From: the human T2T-CHM13v2.0 reference genome, Homo sapiens
DNA length: 64,000 nucleotides
Strand: one strand, 5' to 3'
Assembly (NCBI RefSeq): GCF_009914755.1
Contig: NC_060942.1
Positions 51,097-64,000 of this stretch are shown one piece after another (within the stretch, counting starts at the first letter, position 1; each line of letters opens with the position of its first letter). The position numbers and the translations under genes are program-made. The notes under the pieces were generated by a model, which saw only the letters and a program-made list of their open reading frames with translations, was not told the DNA's origin and made no database searches.

Positions 51097-54000
51097 GTAG
51101 GAGAGACTTCGTCGTGAGCTTTGGGTTTTCCTTTCCTGCTTCTGCCATCTGTAGCGACGTCAGCTTTGGCCTGCATTTCGCTTTTCCCAGTCACCAGCTG
51201 ATCCTGATGAGATGGGGTTGGTGGCATCGTGGGTTGGTTACTGGCTGGGGATTCCCCAGGGGCAGAGTGGCGGCTCCACTTCTCTTGTTGGCCTAGGGAT
51301 TGGCTCCCTTCAGGCGTTTGGCTGAGAGCCCACCATCACCACTGCCTCTTCCTGGGGGTCAGGCAGTGACCAGGCTTTGCAGTTCAGGAGGAAAAATGCT
51401 GTTTCCGCTGACCTCAAAGCAACAATAGTGGTCCTCAGAAAATAGGACTGGCTGGCTGTGTGTTTTGAGACATGGCCTCCAGGAGGCTCCTGGAGCTCAC
51501 AAGTGCAAGAGTATCTGTTTTCCTCCTCCCTGGTCATTGGGGGTTGTCCCTCATGCGTGCTGGCTCTGCTGTCACAGGCAACACACAGATCAGCAATGGC
51601 ACATGCTACTGCTCCCAAATTCCTGGGGGAACCCACTTAAACTAAGGCAGAAACCGAGATCTCCTGTGGAGCTCAGACTCCCGAGTGACAATGGGGCCAG
51701 GAAAGGGGCAATGAGGTAGCCCTGGATAAGAACATGCAGCTGAAATTGAGCATCCTGGGAATGTGTGCATTTATTTTCAAAAAGGCTTTCTTATAAGGGG
51801 AGATCTTCAAGATATATTTTAAGTGGAAAAAATTCAGGTGCAGAGTAATGTTTCTTATGTGTGGTCATTTATGCAAAAGGGGGAGTTAGAGTATATTTTT
51901 TGCTTGAACATGCATAAATTATTTCTGGATGGAAATACCAAAAAAAGAACGAACAAAAAGGCTTATGCCTCAGGAATTAAAATGAGGTGTTCCTCTATAG
52001 GGAATATATTCTTAGATAAAGATGACGGCTTTTGGTTCTACCTTTAATGAACAGAGAATGTTCTCTGAGGGCCAAGAAACAGCCGGTGGACATGCCTTGC
52101 TCAGAACCCTAGCGGCGCCTGTGCTCAGGCTGGCTGGCCACCTCCTTAGGCTGAGACCAGGGTCTCTGATCCTTCCCTACGCATGCACACCCTGAATAGG
52201 GATTATTAGGTGGTGACTGCAACTCTCAGGGTGGATGTAGGCCTGGGTGCCCAGACTGCTTTGTCATCCACTGGTGGATTAAGTGGATCTGAACACATTC
52301 ACAGAGGATGGCAAATGTATAAGTAGCTTGGGAAGAAGGCAGTGTCCTGGCTTAGAAATCAGAACCACCAGACACTTTCTGTAGAAGCACCAGGCATCAA
52401 AAAGGAACACTGAGCAGGAAGAGGTGGACCCAGGCCTGTTCCTGCCTTGACCAGAGTACAGTTTATCGCATCGTGTGTGCTGCCTTTTTGCTGTGCAGCA
52501 TCACAGAGGCAAATTCCTGGTTTCTGGGTTCCTGGTAGAGGGAAGAAGGAGGCAGCACCCCTCAAGGAGGAATAGGGTTCACAGGGGCCTGGGAGGTGTC
52601 AGAGAGAGCAAAGGCTTTATGTCCTCTGCCTCTGGCCCTGTAGTCTCTGATGGCAGGGAAGACCCAGAGTGTGTGTCTGGGAGGTGTGGAGAGTCCCCGA
52701 GCTTCCTGATGAGAAGTCACCCTCTGCCCCACCTCTCTGCGCCCAGGCAATGGCAGGCTGCCACCCAGCATCCAGGTCAGCCTGCATGTCCATTTCTGGG
52801 CCAGGTCACCTCACTCAGCAGGAAGACCCTGGACAGTGGCAGGCCTCCGGAAAGCAGCAGCGTGACCCAGGGATGTAGGAAGAGGAGCGCGGCATGCAAC
52901 GGCTGGGAAGCCGAGCTTCCGCTGAGCTGCGCTCACATTCACCAATGTCCGGGTTAGGTCAGCACACCTCCCAAAGGATGTGGACGGGCCAGGGTCCAAA
53001 GTGAGGCAATAAAGATGATTAAAGGGGTGGAAAGTATGTCCTGTGAGGAGTGCTGGAGGGCTGGGGCCAGGGAAGAGGAGGCCGGAGGGAAGGAACATCG
53101 TGCCGTGAAACTCATGAAAGATTTATACGGAGAGATGAGGGGCCGCTGCCTCCATGTCCACAGGGACCCAGACTAGAGGAAGTCAGCTTGGATGGAAGAA
53201 CAGAGTTTTCAGCTAGACCGAAGACAGACTTATGGAGCAAACATCTTGACCATTTGGGGCAACACTGTGCAAGTCAGAGCAGCAGCCATGCCTGAACACA
53301 GAGCGTGTGCTCGTCGGGGCGCCCCGCTCTAATTCCTCTTCTAGATGCGGTAGAATCCGTTACTCACTCACAGCCTGGAGCTGTCGTGGAGTCCTCAGGT
53401 GATGGGGACTTTCAGGAGGAAAGCAGGCAGCCATATAGTTTAAGGACCTTTTTGTCTAAAAGCAGGGGTCTCCTGAGTCTGTTTTGGGAAATCGTGGGAT
53501 TCTGCCACCCAAAGAGCCGCTGCAGAATATTATCAGGTGACCCCTAACCTTCCCAGCTAATGACCCATAGTAGTAGCCTTGCTAAGTGTCAAACCTGCAT
53601 ATTTGACCTTGGAAGTCCATACTTGTGTGCAGCAGGTTCACCTTCCTAATATTCTGGGCTTAAACTACACTGGGAGGGGCTTGCATTTCCTGGGCACGCA
53701 TGGTGGCAAAGGGAGAAGTGACCAGAATCAGATTTGGTGGACAAAGGGCACAGCCAGCATCTGTGCCATGCCTCTGATCTCCCCCCACCATATGAAGGGA
53801 AGGGGCCAGCTGTATCCCTCTGGTGGCTTGGTGGCTCTCCTTGGAATGGAGAGGAGTCTGTGGCTTTCCATCTTCCTGCAAAGTGGCTGGAGTTGGTGTC
53901 CGATAGCTGCAAACTCCAGGCAGCATGAGCGTGCTGCTGAAGCTAGGAGCATGCAATTTCCCACAGCCTGGAGCAGGGATTTTCAGACTGGGACCTAAAG

Positions 54001-56517
54001 TCCTAGGCTTCATCAAAGTCTGTGTCCCATCCCAGTTCCAGCTGCACTCTCAGGGGTTTTTGTGTGCCTTACTGCTTTTATTTTCCACTTGTTTAAGTCT
54101 GAGGCTGTTAGCAAGCTGAATTATATAGCAGTTTAGGGACATGCCCTGGAATTAGGAGCTGGATGGGAATCCCACCTCCTCTCCTCACTCACCCTATGAT
54201 CTTGCCAATTACATCACTTTTGAAAGCCCTGTCCCTTCTTCTACAAAATGGGTTCACTAGTCAGGGAGCTGAAAGGAGCTGATTCTAATAAAGCACCTAG
54301 AAACACGGTCTTAGTGTTGGCCCACTCTGCAGGTCAGAGGGGGTCCTAGGTGCTCAGGAAGGCTTTCAAGGTAAGTGTGGAGCACAGGTGTCTGCAGTGA
54401 GCGGGGAGCTTTTGTCCTGTGATTGTGGCAGCAAACCCGGAAAGCCTTGCCCTGCATTCCCTCCAGGGGCGGGCCGCTAGGATCAATTGTTCCTTCCCCT
54501 GGATCCACTTTTAAAGCCCTACCCACACTGTCAGAGGGGGCAGAGCCTGGGCTAGCAGGGAAGGAGGCCCCTTCAGAGTGGTCACCTGCAGACTCTGCTC
54601 CTGATGCCATGGGCTGCGTCTAGTGAATTGTGGATGTCTTTTTTCCATTTTGAAAAAAAAAAATTAAGCTCATGGACAGTTCAAAGGTTTCCTCAAGAAT
54701 GTTCTTGACATTTGAACAACTAGTAACCACTTGTTTGTTTTTGGAAGCTAAGAAAAGACATTTGCTGATTTCAGACAAAATTATGCATTTTGTGACATAA
54801 ATGTGCTAAATGAGTGTTCCACGCGTTCCTCAAAGAGCAGCATGCCTTCTGATGCTCTGGCCCCATGCAAGTTGGAGACCTGTTGCTTGGAACGGGGGCT
54901 GCTAAGGCTCGTTCCCCCCCTTTTCTCAAAGCTTTCTGCCCAGAGCACATAGACCAGAAGAGCAAGCTCACTAGAGGGCTGGAGACCCGGCGCACTGCCC
55001 AAGTTGACCCTGAGTGAGGTCCCTCACCGCTGGGGAGGATATTTTCTCTCCCCACCACACCCTGGCTGCATTTAAGAGATGAACACATTAAGGCAATGAA
55101 TGGATGTTGTAGCCTGAGCTCCCTGGGAAGCAGGCTCTGGGACAGTGATTATCAGCAGCTGCTTTTAAAGGCATGCCTTTGGTGTTGATACTGGTAGAAG
55201 ATCAAAAGAGGAAGTGGTATCAGCAGAGAGAAGTTGGGCTGCAGTGCAGTCTTAGAGAGTTCTGAGCCTGTAGGGGAGGTTCTGAAGTTGGGCTGACTCT
55301 TTAAGAGCTGTCCCAAGATGGGGTAAAGGGGCAGGCCTTGATACCTCCATGTCTGTTGGTCATCAGGCAGGGACTGCCCAAGGAAGGGAGCGTTACCTTG
55401 GGCGGGGCTGCGCTCTTTGCCCAGAGCAGTTGTCCTAGGGGTTGGCAGCTGAGGGCTGTCTGCACAGCACTTCCAGCAGCCGGGAGGCAGTGCCCCGCTC
55501 CTGAATGTGTATCACAGCAGACACTGCAGTGAAGCACTGTTCAGTTCTCCTACTGGGATTGGTTGGGCTGTACCCTGTGCCATAAGCTGTGCCCGAGAAT
55601 ACGGGAAGTATAGGGTGTGGCCCCTGCTCTCGAGGGCCTGAGCTGTAGCTTGCACAATGGTGCCTTGACTCCAGAAGCAACCAGAACGCTGTGCATGACT
55701 GTCAGTCATCCACGTGTTAACAGGGAGGAGGCTTAGAGAAAGCAGCCATCCTGGGAGATGCTCCAGAATGCTTCCTGGAGGAGGTGGGGCTTGAACTACT
55801 AGTGAGACCTCCAGGAGGATTTGGGAGATGGGAGGGTGTTGGGATGAGAGGAGCGGTGCTTGCTGCCTCTGTCCTGTGATTGACCGTGACTGTGGCTTGG
55901 TGTCCTCTAAATGCTCCTCTGCATCTAAGCAGGCTCTGGAGCCAGGGATTCCCCACATCCCCAGAAGTCGTCCCCACATGGCTCCCTAGAAACAGAGCCA
56001 TGTGGGTGGTGCTCACAGCGGCCACCACCCCCAATTGAACTACATAGAAGGGAAAAGCCACTGGAGCCTGCCAGCTCCAGATGATCCCGCCCGACTGTCA
56101 GCAATGTCAGAAGACCCTGCAGGCTCCAAAGCCCGGCCTCTTAACCATCAGAAGAGGTGGCTAATGTAGGCATTAGTGGTCCATCGCACCGTGCCTGTGC
56201 GGCCAGGGAGACAAGAGAGCCATTCTCCAAATTAATTTGTTTCATTAAGTGAGGTCTCGGAATGGTTAATTTACTCCATGTGCAAAGCAGATTGAAAGGA
56301 AGAAGAGAAAAAGACCTTAGCCAGCCCAGCTAGTGTCAGATGGCTCCGCAGGACTAGAGGCAGGGGAGCGAGCCATCCACCTGGCGTGCGGAGTGGGCCA
56401 CATGCTGGACGTTGCAGGGTGGCCACAGCCTACAGCAGCGCTTGCTGCCTCTGTCCTGCGATTGACCGTGACTGTGATTTGGTGTCTTCTAAATGTAGAA
56501 CCAATTAAGAATTTTGG

Positions 56518-56905
<388 letters not shown>

Positions 56906-57136
56906 TCAGTCATCAGATTGGATTTTTCAAGCTCTCTGTAACATCATCTAAGTCACTGATAAAAACAAACAGGACATATGGAACTTTGTGAATAGACTAA
57001 AAAGCACTCAATTATATACTTTAAAGGAGTGAATTTTGTACTGTGTGAATTATATCTCAATTAAAAAAAATTTAAAGAATAAGGCAGGTCCCAGGATGAA
57101 GTGATGTGGCAAGCCTCTTGAAACACCCCTTCAAAA

Positions 57137-57442
57137 TTTTTTTTAGCAACAGGGTCTTGCTCTGTCACCCAGGCTGGAGTACAGTAGTGCAATAATAGTT
57201 CATTGCAGCCTTGAACTCCTGGCCTCAAGCAATCCTCCTGCCTCAGCCTCTTGAGTAGTTCTAGGGACTATAGGCACCCGCCACCACACCTGACTAATTT
57301 TATTTTTATTGCTTGATTGATTGGTAGCGATGGAGTCTTGCTATGTTGCCCAGACTGGTCTCAAACTCCTGGCCTCAAGTGCTCCTCTCCCGTCAACCTT
57401 CCAAGTAGCTGGGATTATAGACACAAGCCACCATACCCAGCT
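57137..57442 (-). mobile_element. AluJ
   Basis: CAGGGTCTTGCTCTGTCACCCAGG...CTCCTGGCCTCAAG J-type text. Confidence 0.88.
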
Positions 57443-57686
57443 ACCTCTTCAACCTTGATATTTTCAGGGTTCCCTAAATGTGTCAGGCTAGTAACTGTTT
57501 CAAAAAAGGACATAGATTTGGTCTGGCCATGACTTGGTCTGTGTGAACCTGTGCTAGCTATTAGTGGTCACCTTTTTTCTTCCAAACCATCTGTTTGGCA
57601 ATCTCTTTTGGAGAAATGATATCCATATTTTTCCAATTTTTGAAAATTAGACTGTGTATACCTAGCTACAGTCTCTAACACTTTTG

Positions 57687-58178
57687 TTGCATTATTCAGA
57701 GTTTTCCAGAGAAACAGAACTGATAGGATATATTGAGAGGAAGAGAGAGAGATGTATCATGGGAATTGGCTCATGAGATTATGGAGGCCAAGAAGTCCCA
57801 CAGTCTGCCATCTGCTGCAAGCTAGAGAACCAGGAAAGCCAGTGGTGTAATCAACCCAAGTCCGAAGGCCAAGAAACAGGAGCATGTATGAGGTTCCCAG
57901 CGTGACCGTAAGCATACCATGTGTTACAGCATGGGATGTCCAAGGGCAGGAGAAGATGGATGTCGCCACTCAAGAAGAGGGAGTGAAGTCACCCCTCCTC
58001 TGCCTTTTGTTCTGTTTGGGCCCTTGGCGGATTGGATGGTGCCCATCCACACTGGGAGAGAGATCTTTACTCAGTCTACTGACTGAAAATGTCCTCATAG
58101 ACACACCTAGAAATAATGTCTTACCAGCTAACTGGGCACCCCCTAGCCCAGTCAGGTTGACATGAAATTAACCCTTAT
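57687..58178 (-). mobile_element. MLT2-family (ERVL) LTR
   Basis: TCCAGAGAAACAGAACTGATAGGATA...GGAATTGGCTCATGAGATTATGGAGGC...CAGTCAGGTTGACATGAAATTAACC. Confidence 0.8.
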
Positions 58179-58899
58179 ATCTGTTCTCCAGGATTCCTCA
58201 GACATGGTCAGGGGCCATTTATGACCTCATGTAAAGATTTCTTTTACTCCAATCAATATCAATATCGCCCCATTCCCGAGGCATGAAGGTGAGCACTCAG
58301 AGCACCCATTGCTCTCCGTGGAGTCTTCCAGGCCCTCAGCGTCTGACAGATGCGGCAACTGCAGCTGCCTTTTCTGGGCTGGTACCTGTTCTCTTGCAGA
58401 AGGCAAACTTGGAGTGGGAGAGGTCTACTTTCTTTTTGCCACCTCTTAATTCTACGCTGTCTGCCCCATCAGTAGCCTCATGTGTCCCTCTGACTTCTCA
58501 CTCTCAATACGAAAATATGCTTCTAGAATTGTCTTTAATATTTTTAAGCCCCATTCCTTGACACTGCTGTGGCTTCTGTATCCCAGGCTTTGATGGTCAT
58601 CTGTGACTACAGGAGGCCCCACATTCCTTTTCACATGTGGGCTCATGGGCAAGGACTCTGGGGGATACCAAGTGCCTCTCGACATCCCTCTCTTTAAGTC
58701 ACAGCTGCTATCTGGAACTTGCTGCTCCTTTTAGCACCTCAGAACACTCTACCAGTCATAGAGTCCCACATCCTACAAAAATGACCAGGTCCCCCAGATC
58801 TTGCCCACCGGGAACTGATGAGGAATTAACCTAGTCGGAGTCCTATATCTATACATCAGCTCATTCACATGAGTTGTTAAGATAGCTCTTTTGGAAGTG

Positions 58900-59545
58900 C
58901 AGTCCATCCTTATTACTCATTGATTCATATTTGCACATTCGCCTACTTGTAAAACTTATTTGTAACACCGCACTCAATACTCATGGTGTTTTTGCAGTCA
59001 GTCATTGACACACAAACAGTGAAAAATTTGAGTTGCCTGACCTGCAAGATCCCAGTCCAGGCCAAAGTAACACTCTGCCTCCTTGTTTCAGCTCTCATAG
59101 TATAAGCAAGCACCCTTCTCATGGTTCTGTTTACTGCCATGTTTTTCACATTTTTGTGCTTTTCCTTGGTGAATTTGCTATTTTAAATGGCTCCTAAACA
59201 TAGTACTGAAGTGCCGTCTACTGTTCTTAAGCGCAAGGAGGCTGTGATGTGCCTTCCGGAGAAAATGTGTGTGTTAGATAAGCATCACTCAGGCATGAGT
59301 TATAGTGCTGTTGGCCGTGAGTTCAATGTTAATAAATCAACAATATGTATTAAATAAGGTTTCTTTAAACAGAAACACATACAAAACGAGGTTATGTATT
59401 GATCCAGTGGTGAAAATGTTGTGACCAGAGGCTTGCAGGAACCAAACCCCGCATTTCCCCTAGGAGTAATAGTTCAGTATTCACTAATTCAGTATTTGCA
59501 GCAACTTTATGGAATGCAACTACCATAAATAATGAGAAGTGACCG
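58900..59545 (-). mobile_element. TcMar-Tigger non-autonomous element (MER82-like)
   Basis: Imperfect TIRs CAGTCCATCCTTATTA / TAATGAGAAGTGACCG; internal text matches recalled MER82. Confidence 0.75.
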
Positions 59546-61607
59546 TACTTGCTCTTTAAAACAGAGTAGAGAGATGCTGAAGATAAAGAAGTATGTTGTA
59601 GGCAACAGGATCTTAGGTCTGAGTGATTTATCTTGTTCGTGTGTGGTGGTAGCTTCGCTAGGGGATGAGATGGGGACGGGGGGGATGCTTCTTCCAGTGG
59701 TCATTGTCCTGCATGGTTTGACTGAGCCTATCACTGCTTCATTTGCACCATGCTGGGATGCCACTGTTGCTGAGGCCCTCGCAGACAGCTCAGCCCTGCA
59801 GTGACTGTCATTGCCATCCTGTCATCCGAGCCCAGGGACCGCGAGACAGATCTATGCTCACTTTGCCCACGGTTTGTCTTTCCATCCCAGCAAGGAAATT
59901 GCCCTCATTAAGTCCCTGCTAAAGATAGATAAGAAAATGGGACAGGCAAACCCCCACCTGGCAGGCAGCCCTGTCAGATTCTAAGCAAAATGAGTCAGAT
60001 AAGAATTATTTTTAGGATCCTTCTCCTCCTCCCTCACGCCCACCCCCAAGCAGGCTCTCTCTTGAAAAGAAGAGCAGCTCATTTCTTCAAGCCAGATGTC
60101 CAGGTCCATGCTTGATTGAAATGGAGCCCCTGATACACCCAGAGAAAGCCCCACGCTTTGTACAAATCATGATGGTCCCAATAATCCTTTGCACAGTGCA
60201 GCTGCCTCAGGCCGCACTCCTGGGCAGAACAAGCTGCAGAGAGTGGCCCTGTTGAGGCTGGCCCACAACTCACCCATGAGGGATATACCTTCCCCCGATC
60301 CCCATGCTCAGGACTTCCTCCCAGCATCACACTTCATGGGAATACAAGGCTCTGGGGGTTCTCTCCCATCGGGACCCACATCCACGCGGGGGACAAATGG
60401 GTAAGAAAAGAGGTTGCCTACAGCTCATTTTGGCAGAGCCCTGGAACCCCCTGTGCCCACCAGGCAGTGGGCATCCCCTAGTTCTGTGCCCACAGTTGGA
60501 GAGCAGAGTACTACTCTTTCTCGATCACAATAATCCCCTTTTCCCCAGCAATTAGAATTCCTTCAGACCCCTTAAGCCCTAAATAGCAAAGGGAGACCCA
60601 ATGACAAGAAAGGTGACTGAAGAGGACGTAGGGGCACATGTCTAGTTACCTGCAGGACAGGAGGGCTGCTCCCTGAGAAACTGGCCCTGGAGAGATAAAT
60701 GCCATTTCCCCAAGGTCTGCGTCTAGGATGGGACGTAGAATGGACGCCTTGGGAACCAGCCACCCAAGCTGGTTTCATTCCTCCTCAGAGGTCTAGTCTC
60801 TACTGAAATGCTAGGCATTTGAGGATTGGCTCACAAACACTAACACCCAACCCTTCATTCCTCTCTGGAGCCCCAAGCAACCTGGCCTCTGGCACCAAGC
60901 CAGCCCAGCCCTCCCCGGGGACAGTGTGTCTGGTGGGCAGCCCAGGCCCAGGGCGAGGCTCACTGGCTTCAAGACGAGCTCATCTCTCACCAGCCAGGGG
61001 ATCTTGGGCCCTGGACAAACCATTCTTCTTATGTCCCCAAGGACACCATTGTGCAGACTACAGGGATGCCATTAGATGCCATGTGATGGCAGATACGAGG
61101 GAAGTCCTGACCCTGTGTGCGGCTCTGAGTCTAACCTCAGAGAACGTGCATCCCCCCCTCTCTGTCCTGACACTCACTCCTGTGCAGGAAGAAAAGAACA
61201 CTGGACCAGAAGTCATGGAATCTGGATTTTCATACTTGTGGTGTGGTTCAGAGCAATTCTCTTACACTTTAAGGGTACACAGTTTCTCAGCTATAAAATA
61301 GGGCTCTGATTTCAGCTCTACAATGTATTAGAGAGAGTGCGAGGTGAAGATGAAAAGGGACACTTCTCAGGGATATTCCATTCCTTAACCATGGGATGGG
61401 AAAGACAGTTCTGAAAGACATGTTGGAGGCTGGCCAGGGCTTTCAGTGCAAATAACCAGTGTCTCGTGTATCTTCAGCTCAGCCCATGTGCCCTGTCCAG
61501 AAGGTTCTAGAAAGGCAGCCATGCCTGCTGCCCCTGTGTATATTTTTCCTTCCCCAGATCTGGCACACAGTCATACTAGGCTAAGCCTCATACTCCTGGC
61601 CCTGTGC

Positions 61608-61921
61608 TTTTTTTTTTTTTTTTTTTTTTTTGTGAGACAGGATCTCACTCTGTTGTCCAGGCTGGAGTTGCAGTGGCACAATTATAGCTCACGACAGCCT
61701 CGACCTGCTGGGCTCAAGTGATCCTCCCACCTCAGCCTCCCAAGTAACTGGGACCACAGGCACGTGCCACCACACTTGGCTAAATTTTTTATTTTTTATT
61801 TTATAGAGACAGGGTTTTGCCATGTTGCCTAAGCTGGTCTTGAACCCCTGGCCTCAAGCAATCCTCTCACCTCAGCCTCCCACAGTGCTAGGATTAAGGG
61901 CATGAGCCACAGCACCCAGCC
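61608..61921 (-). mobile_element. AluJ
   Basis: Poly-T, both arms, CTGGGCTCAAGTGATCCTCCCACC J-type text. Confidence 0.9.
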
Positions 61922-61963
61922 TCTCTGTCCTCTTGAGATCGTATGCTGCCCAGGACCGCAAGA

Positions 61964-62251
61964 TTCACAGGTGTAAGTACCCAGCCATACCTGTTGGTGC
62001 TCACAGGTGTAAGCACCCGGCCGTACTCATCGGCACTCACAGGTGTAAGCACCCGGCCGTACCCATCAGCGCTCACAGGTGTAAGCACCCAGCCGTACCC
62101 ATCAGCGCTCACAGGTGTAAGCACCCGGCCGTACCCATCAGCGCTCACAGGTGTAAGCACACGGCTGTGCCCATCGGCGCTCACAGGTGTAAGCACCCGG
62201 CCATACCCATCGGCGCTCATAGGTGTAAGCACTTGGCTGTACTCATTGATG
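61964..62251 (+). repeat. 36-bp minisatellite, 8 copies, consensus CTCACAGGTGTAAGCACCCGGCCGTACCCATCAGCG
   Basis: Units start at 61964, 62000, 62036, 62072, 62108, 62144, 62180 and 62216; 12-aa periodicity in the ORF track. Confidence 0.95.
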
Positions 62252-62737
62252 TAGCAGGCTGTGCATCCCACTGGTTCTGAGGGTCTTTTTCGCTAGACTC
62301 CCAGGCAAGCCTGGCCCACCCTCTGCCAAGCCTGGATGTCACTCAGCAATTCACAAGCACTTCCAGAGCACTCACTGTATTCAGGGCACCCTTTAGCTCA
62401 TATAGTCTTCCCAATGACCTTAGGAAGGAGATGCTATTTTTATTTCCAATTTACAGATGAGGAAAGTCACTAGTCCAGAAAAGTGAAGCGACACAAGCAG
62501 CCTGGCTTCCAGGCGTGTGCTGCTAACAACCCACTGCTCTGGGACCCCCTCCTTCCCCATCTGCAGACTCAGCTTCCGTCTGCTGGGCCCCTCCCTGGCT
62601 GCCTCCTACATACTCCCCCTGTTAACCACCTGATCAACTCACATGCACGGGGAGCTAAAGACGGCATGGTCCTCTTTGGGGTGAGGGGGCTGTCATGTCA
62701 AATGGACTAGGGGAGGGCTGCTGCCTCATTCAAAGGG

Positions 62738-62764
62738 ATGAATGAATGAATGAATGAATGAATG
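62738..62764. repeat. (GAAT)n, probably an L2 tail remnant
   Basis: Direct read. Confidence 0.8.
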
Positions 62765-64000
62765 ATGAGATTTCAGATGAGACCCTCAGACAGGGTCACC
62801 CACCCTCCCACCTTCTCCCCACCTGCACTAGGTCAGTCCTGCCCATAGATTACTTTCCTTGTCTGGATGATTCATGAATAGACATATTTAGGAAGCCCTC
62901 GAAACTGACCAGGGATTTCCCAGATTGTGGGGACCCCACTCGATGAGCACCCAGAGGGAAAGTTCTGTGAGTTCTGGAGTGGTGGGCAGCTCAGGGGGTG
63001 GGGAGGCAGCCCGGCCAGAGGAGAGCTTCCTCCAGCTGTTGGCTCCCCTGACTCCCAAGAGGACAAACCCAGAGCATGAGGGTGCCTTTCACTCCTCAGG
63101 GCTCCCCAGGAGAGACAGGGGCACAGGTTTTAAAAATACCAAGGAGCTTTCCTCCTGGGTCGGCATTTACCCTGAACTCCAAGAGTTATTTCTGAGTCTT
63201 CCCAGTAATTTAATTATAGCCATTTATTCCAATGCATGTGTTTTGGGGAAGCCAAGGTGGCCTCTATTACAGTTTGGAATATTTTGGGAGGCCTTGGTTT
63301 CCAAAAGTGATGCAGGGACTCAATTAGGCAAGACACCAGCAAACAGAAATAAAATAGCTCAAGAAGATAGGCCCTCAAGTTCCCAGAGGCGATGCCTGTA
63401 CTTAGCACCCACGGGGGAAATTAAGATGAAGTTGTCCCCTGGGTGCTTGGTGTAGTCATCTCTGTAGCAGCAGCATATGCCACCTTCTCCATGTCTCTAA
63501 GCACCTGCAGGGATTTCAATGCCCTTCAAATTATGGGCTGGATGGGGTTGCCCATTCTTTCCAAGTAGGCCTGGACAGATGAACAGCCTGGGCACCAGGA
63601 TTTAGGTCCCCCTTGTAGGTGGACACAGACTCACCAACAACTTGTGGGATGGCATTATCAAACAGCTTCTAACCTTTCAAATAGGCCTTTGGAATCCTCA
63701 ACTGGTTCGCGCTCCCTGACCCCCTGCTCCTTGTAGATGGCCTGCTCCACCTGCCCTCAGCTCTGTCCCCACCTACCCTCCCACCCACTGTCTTCACTCG
63801 CTGTGCTCTCCAGACCCCAGTCTTCTCGCTGTTCTTTGAACAGGCCTGTCTCTGTCCTGCTCCCAACACTGACCAGCCCCTGTACCTCAGTCCCTCTCCC
63901 TTGCCTCTTGTTCCTGCTGGCCTCCTCTGATTCTGCAGGTTCTGCTGACTCCTTCCTACTCCTCCACCCCTTACTATTCATGGCCTCATTCATCCTCCCT

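Noticed and set aside
61894-62280. ORFs with 12-aa repeats, or a CRISPR-like 36-bp array
   Set aside because: Head-to-tail minisatellite with no unique spacers and no cas genes, in human DNA; frames stay open because the unit is a multiple of 3.

Overview
Human (primate) genomic DNA, not prokaryotic. The window lies inside CTIF (CBP80/20-dependent translation initiation factor; chr18q21 from my recall) on the + strand. Two short internal coding exons (5831-5906 and 51020-51096) are separated by a 45,113-bp intron and splice in frame to give CGKGKLEDGDGINLNDIEKVLPAWQ|GYHPMPHEVEIAHTKKLFRRRRNDR. The MIR4743 hairpin ends exactly at the first exon's splice acceptor (5'-tailed mirtron geometry). 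The rest is intronic: 11 Alus including a very young AluYb8, old L1/L2/MIR fragments, MaLR/ERVL LTRs (one THE1 solo LTR with intact TSD), MER DNA transposons, microsatellites and a 36-bp VNTR. Nearly all supplied ORFs are spurious. The most unusual signal is an 84-nt piece of unique intron sequence re-inserted about 1 kb downstream with an A-rich tail and a probable target-site duplication, which looks like a local retrocopy of a structured intronic RNA. Repeat subfamily calls and old-repeat boundaries are by eye and approximate.
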